Origin: Tubiluchus corallicola
Lineage: Eukaryota; Animalia; Priapulida
Length of the DNA: 64,000 bases
Assembly (NCBI GenBank): GCA_030141605.1
Contig: JAQGDQ010002388.1
Location: 1-64,000, forward strand
Direction of reading: 5' to 3'
In this document: in pieces, positions 59,927 through 64,000 of the stretch
Numbering within the stretch: position 1 is the stretch's first letter
Layout: every line of letters starts with the position of its first letter
The notes under the pieces: generated by a model
Seen by the model: only the letters and a program-made list of their open reading frames with translations
The model's database searches: none
Told to the model about the DNA's origin: nothing
Made by a program: the position numbers and the translations under genes

Positions 59927-60760
59927 GTGATAACAGAAAAAATTGCAGAAAAGGCGTATAAGATCAGGCGCCATGTTATTGAAGCTGCCTTTTCCACTTC
60001 CTGTGGTCATATTGGTGGTTCTTTATCGGAAGCGGAGATATTATCGGCTTTATTTTTTGAGGTTATGGATATTGATCCTCTCTTCCCTACTCGTTGTGAG
60101 CGTGATCGCTTTGTTCTTTCCAAGGGGCATGCGTCTTTAGGTTATTATGCGGCTTTAGCGCTTAGGGGATTTTTTCCGCCTGAGGAACTTCATACTTTTG
60201 ATTCTTTTAATTCTCGTCTTCAGGGACATCCTGATATGCATAAGACTCCTGGGGTTGATTTTTCTTCTGGTTCTTTAGGGCAGGGTCTTTCTGTTGCGCT
60301 TGGTTTTGCGTTGGGAAGAGAGAACAGAGGGTTGAGTTTTACAAGCTTTGCCCTTTTAGGGGATGGAGAATGTCAAGAAGGGCAAGTTTGGGAAGCGATC
60401 ATGTATGCGGGTGACAAGAAGGTCAAGGGACTGGTTGCTATTATTGACAATAATGGTGTTCAGCTTTCTGGCACGACTGATTCTGTTTTAGGGATTGAGC
60501 CTTCTCTTGATCATAAGATTGAATCGTTTGGTTGGCATGTTCTTCGGTGTGATGGCCACGATCCGGGTGCTCTTCTTCATACTTTAACGCTTTCAAAAGA
60601 GATTTCTTCTACGGTTCCTGTCGCGGTTATTGCGGATACTATCAAGGGGAAAGGGGTTTCGTTTATGGAGGGTGAATATCATTGGCATGGTGCTGCTCTT
60701 AGTAAGGATGAGGCTGAGCGTGCTCTTTCTGAACTTGATCATTCTTTTAGGGGAGTTTAA
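59927..60760 (+). CDS. Transketolase-like N-terminal (ThDP-binding) subunit
   Basis: GHIGGSLS, DRFVLSKGH, SGSLGQG, GDGECQEG; GTG start after AGGAGG. Confidence 0.93.
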   Translation: MITEKIAEKAYKIRRHVIEAAFSTSCGHIGGSLSEAEILSALFFEVMDIDPLFPTRCERDRFVLSKGHASLGYYAALALRGFFPPEELHTFDSFNSRLQGHPDMHKTPGVDFSSGSLGQGLSVALGFALGRENRGLSFTSFALLGDGECQEGQVWEAIMYAGDKKVKGLVAIIDNNGVQLSGTTDSVLGIEPSLDHKIESFGWHVLRCDGHDPGALLHTLTLSKEISSTVPVAVIADTIKGKGVSFMEGEYHWHGAALSKDEAERALSELDHSFRGV

Positions 60761-60763
60761 ATT

Positions 60764-61750
60764 ATGTCCACATATCCTATATCGTCTATGGTTGCGCATC
60801 GTGATGCTTTTGGTCATGCGCTTGTAGAATTTGCGGATCGGTATCCTGATCTTGTTGTATTTGATTCAGATGTTTGCACTTCGACAAAGACCTCTTTATT
60901 CCGGGAGGCGTATCCTGAAAGATTTTACCAGATGGGGATTGCGGAATCCAATATGGTTGGAGTTGCTGCTGGTCTTTCTTCTCTTGGCTGTACGCCTTTT
61001 GTTTCAACTTTCGCTGTTTTTTTGGCGAAGCGTGCGATTGATCAGATTCGTGTTTCCGTTGCGATTGCGCAAGCGAATGTTAAGTTAAACGGCGCTTATG
61101 GTGGCCTTCCGACGGGTCGTGCCGGTGCGACTCATTCTTCTGTAGAGGATATTGCTGTTATGCGCTCAATGCCTAACATGCGTGTTCTTGTTCCGGCGGA
61201 CGCTGTAGAAACGCGTTTAGCTGTACAGCTTGCGCTAGACACCAAGGGGCCTGTTTATCTCCGGACAGTCCGTTGTCCTGTTAAGGTTGTTTTTCCAGAA
61301 GATCATACTTTATCATGGGGAGAGGCCACAATTCTTGCACAAGGAAACGATGTTGCGTTAATTTCCACGGGAATGATGACACCTAAGGCTTTACACTCAT
61401 GCCGAAAGCTTCAGAAGAAGGGAATTTCTGTTCGTCATATTCATATGCCGTCTATCAAGCCATTGGATGAATCGGTAATTATAGCCGCTGCAAAAGAGTG
61501 TGGTTTAATTGTCACTGTTGAAAACCACAGTATTATCGGAGGATTAGGAAGTGCTGTTACAGAGGTTGTTACACAACATCATCCCTGTAAAGTTGAGCGA
61601 ATTGGATTTCCAGATATTTTTATGGAATCCGGCGATGATGAGGCTATTTTTTCATCGCTTGGTATGAATGTCGATGAGATTGCATCATCTGTTATGTATC
61701 TTATGGACTCTAATCGTTTGAGTTATCAAGAAAATTTAAAATGCATATAA
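60764..61750 (+). CDS. Transketolase-like C-terminal subunit
   Basis: GIAESNM, GATHSSVED, GPVYLR, ENHSIIGGLG. Confidence 0.93.
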   Translation: MSTYPISSMVAHRDAFGHALVEFADRYPDLVVFDSDVCTSTKTSLFREAYPERFYQMGIAESNMVGVAAGLSSLGCTPFVSTFAVFLAKRAIDQIRVSVAIAQANVKLNGAYGGLPTGRAGATHSSVEDIAVMRSMPNMRVLVPADAVETRLAVQLALDTKGPVYLRTVRCPVKVVFPEDHTLSWGEATILAQGNDVALISTGMMTPKALHSCRKLQKKGISVRHIHMPSIKPLDESVIIAAAKECGLIVTVENHSIIGGLGSAVTEVVTQHHPCKVERIGFPDIFMESGDDEAIFSSLGMNVDEIASSVMYLMDSNRLSYQENLKCI

Positions 61751-61810
61751 GGAAATATCCTGTTTATTTCTTATACCATTTCAAAATAAAAAGCAGAAAG
61801 GAGAGCTTTC

Positions 61811-62446
61811 ATGAAAGTCGCTGTTATTAGTGAAATTAGCGCTATTAGTCGCAATCCGGATATTTTAGGTGCTTTGGAAGGATATGATCACGAGATTATC
61901 AATGTAGGGATGAGTCCTTCACGGGATACGCCAGAGCTCCAATATAATCATAGTGGATTTTTAGCGGCTCTTCTTCTGAACAGCAAGACTGTTGATTTTG
62001 TTATTGGTGGGTGTGGTACGGGCCAGGGATTTATGATTTCGGTTTCTCAGTATCCCAATGTTTTTTGTGGTCATATTCTCACACCTCTTGACGCTTGGCT
62101 GTTTGCGCAGATTAATGGTGGGAATGTGATTGCTCTTCCATTCAATCAGGGGTATGGCTGGGCGGGCGATATCAATCTCCGCTTTGTTTTTGAAAAATTA
62201 TTTTCCACTCCTTTCGGCAGCGGTTATCCAAAGGAGCGGCAGGAGCCTCAGCGAAAATCCCGACAATTGCTTTATGATATTTCTCAAAAGACCCATCAGG
62301 ATTTTCATACAATTTTACAATTGCTTGATCGTGATTTTATTGCTCATTGTCTTTTATTTCCGGGGATCAGGGCGCTTTTAAATGTTCCTTCAATAGAGGA
62401 TTCACATTTACGGGATCATTTAACGAAATTTTATGATGAAAGCTAG
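61811..62446 (+). CDS. RpiB/LacA/LacB-family isomerase, long DhuI-like subtype
   Basis: GGCGTGQG, QINGGN, GYGWAG, GSGYPKER. Confidence 0.85.
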   Translation: MKVAVISEISAISRNPDILGALEGYDHEIINVGMSPSRDTPELQYNHSGFLAALLLNSKTVDFVIGGCGTGQGFMISVSQYPNVFCGHILTPLDAWLFAQINGGNVIALPFNQGYGWAGDINLRFVFEKLFSTPFGSGYPKERQEPQRKSRQLLYDISQKTHQDFHTILQLLDRDFIAHCLLFPGIRALLNVPSIEDSHLRDHLTKFYDES

Positions 62447-64000
62447 CTCTATGGTAAAGTCTGATTGTTTTCACAGAGCCGATCGTTTAAAAAATTATCC
62501 GACTGTTACGGCTGCTATTTCTGATGGCGCGATTGATCAATTTGCGTCTATTTCTGTTAGCGAGGCGCTTATTCTTGGCCTTTATAACCAGGGTGTCAGA
62601 AAATATATTGGCATTTTTGGCCATGGATCCACGCATATTGGAGATGTTTTAAGACTATATGAAAAAGCCGGCGCGCTGAAAGTTTATAATGTTAGAAATG
62701 AGGTGGAGGCGTCGCATATTGCGCTTTTGTTAAAATGGCACTTTCATGAGGAGTGTGCTGTTTTTACTTCGATTGGTCCCGGAGCGTTGCAGGCGTTTGC
62801 TGGCTCTTTGGCGCCAGCTTCCAATCATGTTGGTGTTTATTATATATTTGGTGACGAGACAAGTCATGACGAGGGTTTTAATATGCAGCAGATACCCTCT
62901 CCGGATCAGCATTCTTTTTTAAAGATGATGTCGATTATGGGCGGGGCTTATGCGCTTCACACGCCTTATGCGATTTCCAGCGCAATGAGAAAAGGTATTG
63001 CTCATATTTTCAATCCATATAAATCCAGCCCCTTTTATCTTCTGATGCCGATGAATATTCAACCTGTATTTATGGAGCGTTTTAATCTTTTGGAGCTTCC
63101 ACTTCCGCCGCAAAAGAGTCGTTTTACTTCTGCCTCGGAAACGCATCTTCATAAGGCTGCCGAGCTGATTAATTCTTATGAGAAGATCACTGTAAAAATT
63201 GGCAATGGAGCGAAATTGATTCCGACTTCTTTGCTGGAGTCTTTTCTTAAGCGGTCTGCTGCTGTTTTAGTTCATGGTCCTTCTTCCACTGGTGTTATCC
63301 CCTATTCTTCTTGCTATAATATGTCAGTTGGGGGTTCTAAAGGTTCTATTAGCGGCAATTATGCGATGGAGAATTGCGAGCTTTTGATTGTGATTGGCGC
63401 ACGGGCTGTTTGCCAGTGGGACAGTTCAGGAACAGCTTTTAAGCATGTTAAGGATATTATTAACATCAATACTGACTTTCATGATGTTATTCATTATAAT
63501 CGTTCTCTTCCTTTATTAGGGGATGCGACACTTATTTTAGAGGCTTTGCTTGAGCATATTGATAAAGAGGCTGAGACTTCGCCATGGCTAAAAGCTTGTT
63601 TTGCGCAGAAACATGCATGGGACGACTTTAAGCAGGAGCGTTATAACACCCCTACTCTCTTTGATAAAAAATGGCAGAAGCACCTGCTCACACAGCCTGC
63701 TGCGATTAAGGCTTGTATTGACTTTGCGGACAGCAAGGGGGCACTGAAGCTTTTTGATGCGGGCGATGTTCAGGCTAATGGTTTCCAGGTTACGGAGGAT
63801 CATTCCCCTAACCAAACAATAACGGATACAGGCTCTTCCTATATGGGATTTGCGAGTTCTGCTGTGATTGCGGGTGGGATTGCGGATCAGGGGCGTTATT
63901 GTATTGCCTTTACGGGGGATGGAAGTTTTATGATGAATCCTCAAGTACTTATTGATGCGGTTGAATTTGGCATTAGTGGTATGATTCTACTGTTCGACAA
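62433..64000 (+). CDS. ThDP-dependent enzyme, IolD-like (partial, runs off the window end; absent from the ORF track)
   Basis: Hand translation from ATG 62433 gives GIFGHG, RNE, TSIGPG and, in the same frame, FTGDGSFMMNPQ..LFDN at the end. Start could be 62436 or 62451. Confidence 0.85.
   Translation, partial: MMKASSMVKSDCFHRADRLKNYPTVTAAISDGAIDQFASISVSEALILGLYNQGVRKYIGIFGHGSTHIGDVLRLYEKAGALKVYNVRNEVEASHIALLLKWHFHEECAVFTSIGPGALQAFAGSLAPASNHVGVYYIFGDETSHDEGFNMQQIPSPDQHSFLKMMSIMGGAYALHTPYAISSAMRKGIAHIFNPYKSSPFYLLMPMNIQPVFMERFNLLELPLPPQKSRFTSASETHLHKAAELINSYEKITVKIGNGAKLIPTSLLESFLKRSAAVLVHGPSSTGVIPYSSCYNMSVGGSKGSISGNYAMENCELLIVIGARAVCQWDSSGTAFKHVKDIININTDFHDVIHYNRSLPLLGDATLILEALLEHIDKEAETSPWLKACFAQKHAWDDFKQERYNTPTLFDKKWQKHLLTQPAAIKACIDFADSKGALKLFDAGDVQANGFQVTEDHSPNQTITDTGSSYMGFASSAVIAGGIADQGRYCIAFTGDGSFMMNPQVLIDAVEFGISGMILLFD

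Noticed and set aside
62730-63944. Three short minus-strand ORFs in the track
   Set aside because: Shadows of the plus-strand ThDP enzyme that lacks a stop within the window
1-64000. CRISPR arrays, IS elements, prophage genes, alternative genetic code, and the many 60-145 aa overlapping ORFs
   Set aside because: No repeat-spacer pattern, transposase or phage motifs seen; conserved genes end at normal stops including TGA; the short ORFs overlap well-supported genes and carry no recognisable motifs

Overview
AT-rich alphaproteobacterial chromosome segment (Rhodospirillales-like gene order; taxon inferred, not established), standard genetic code. I saw no prophage, IS, integrase or CRISPR. Layout: (1) housekeeping block: ThiE-like, HAD, S49 peptidase, methyltransferase, ispB, IalB, speA. 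(2) tRNA-Arg(CCT) followed by an AT-rich two-gene islet (ABC-F, DUF2971). (3) The alpha-type dusB..ntrY-ntrX-trkA-dat-hfq-hflX superoperon, in which ntrB and the receiver/AAA+ part of ntrC are missing and only a 103-aa Fis-like HTH gene remains, translationally coupled to dusB. This is the most striking observation, because it mirrors the proposed origin of gammaproteobacterial dusB-fis. (4) GGDEF, Hpt, TAXI, IMPase, an orphan DNA methyltransferase, and metNIQ under a SAM-II riboswitch with a terminator platform. (5) A ~20 kb carbohydrate region with three sugar ABC systems, GH105, an 821-aa lyase-like protein I cannot assign to a family, GH1 and GH13. (6) comEC, fba, GT4 and an NDUFA12-mlaD-mlaD-DUF2155-nrdJ operon. 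(7) An IclR-linked catabolic operon (split transketolase, RpiB/DhuI-like isomerase, IolD-like ThDP enzyme) running off the end. All calls rest on motif recognition by eye; no searches were run.
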